Shown: positions 63,611 to 64,000 of the stretch, one piece after another
Position numbering within the stretch: the first letter of the stretch is position 1
Layout: each line of letters begins with the position of its first letter
Assembly: GCF_006345805.1 (NCBI RefSeq)
Contig: NC_043013.1
Span: forward strand, 14,632,001-14,696,000
Direction: 5' to 3'
Length of the DNA stretch: 64,000 nt
Source of the DNA: Octopus sinensis
Lineage: Eukaryota
The notes under the pieces: generated by a model
Seen by the model: the letters and a program-made list of their open reading frames with translations, nothing else
Told to the model about the DNA's origin: nothing
Database searches by the model: none
Program-made: the position numbers and the translations under genes

Positions 63611-64000
63611 TGACATTGAAATCACATGATTGGGGAACATGCTTTTTAATGTACGTTACATACATATAGATGTCCATAAGTGCATGTGGCTGTGTGGTAA
63701 GAAGCTTGCTTCCCAGCTATATGGTTCCAGGTTCAGTCTCACTGTGTGACACCTTGAGCAAGTGTCTTCTACTATAGCCTTGGGCTGACCAAAGCTTTGT
63801 GAGTGGATTTAGTAGATGGAAACTGAAAGAAGCCTGTCATATATATATATATATATATGTAAGTTCAGCAAAAATTTAGATTCAGATGAATATGGTACCA
63901 GAATAAGGCACCAGAATTTGGTATGGTATTATCCATATAAATCCATGGGGTGATTATAATCAAAATAAGCAACAAGGATATCGAAAGGTAGTGTAGTGTA

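Noticed and set aside
53098-64000. DMXL exon 2
   Set aside because: No AYAxGCxIVIL-coding segment with an acceptor was found; it is presumed to lie beyond the window.

Overview
AT-rich, repeat-dense eukaryotic DNA, most likely an octopus or related coleoid cephalopod (inferred from the SINE families, the dense microsatellites and the 5S-like sequence). One host coding exon is recognisable with confidence and is absent from the ORF track: exon 1 of Rabconnectin-3 alpha/DMXL (53011-53097, +; MNRHQVLTGACNSGDQCFAVGSVEGIHFT followed by gtaagt). No exon 2 was found in the remaining ~11 kb. Most of the rest is transposon debris: tRNA-derived, V-domain and Meta-like SINEs; CR1, RTE, Dong/R4, HERO and Tx1 LINE fragments; mariner and Tc1 fossils; hAT, piggyBac and Merlin-like MITEs; and a Helentron-type HINE. 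Nearly all long ORF-track entries are microsatellite artefacts or TE fragments. The most interesting hidden layer is a set of small hammerhead-ribozyme motifs from at least four sequence families, in Penelope-like terminal-repeat fragments: a cluster of three complete copies plus one truncated copy at 21.2-22.1 kb, a perfect head-to-head palindromic pair at 6.0-6.1 kb, an A6U core variant at 9.6 and 58.1 kb, and a long-stem-II copy at 45.1 kb. A 5S rRNA retrocopy is fused to a SINE 3' tail (SINE3-like chimera, 60500-60667). Two CpG-retaining domains (about 18.9-25.4 kb and 52.4-59.9 kb) point to promoter regions, and several candidate minus-strand exons suggest further unidentified genes. All coordinates and translations were read by eye; nothing was verified by database search.
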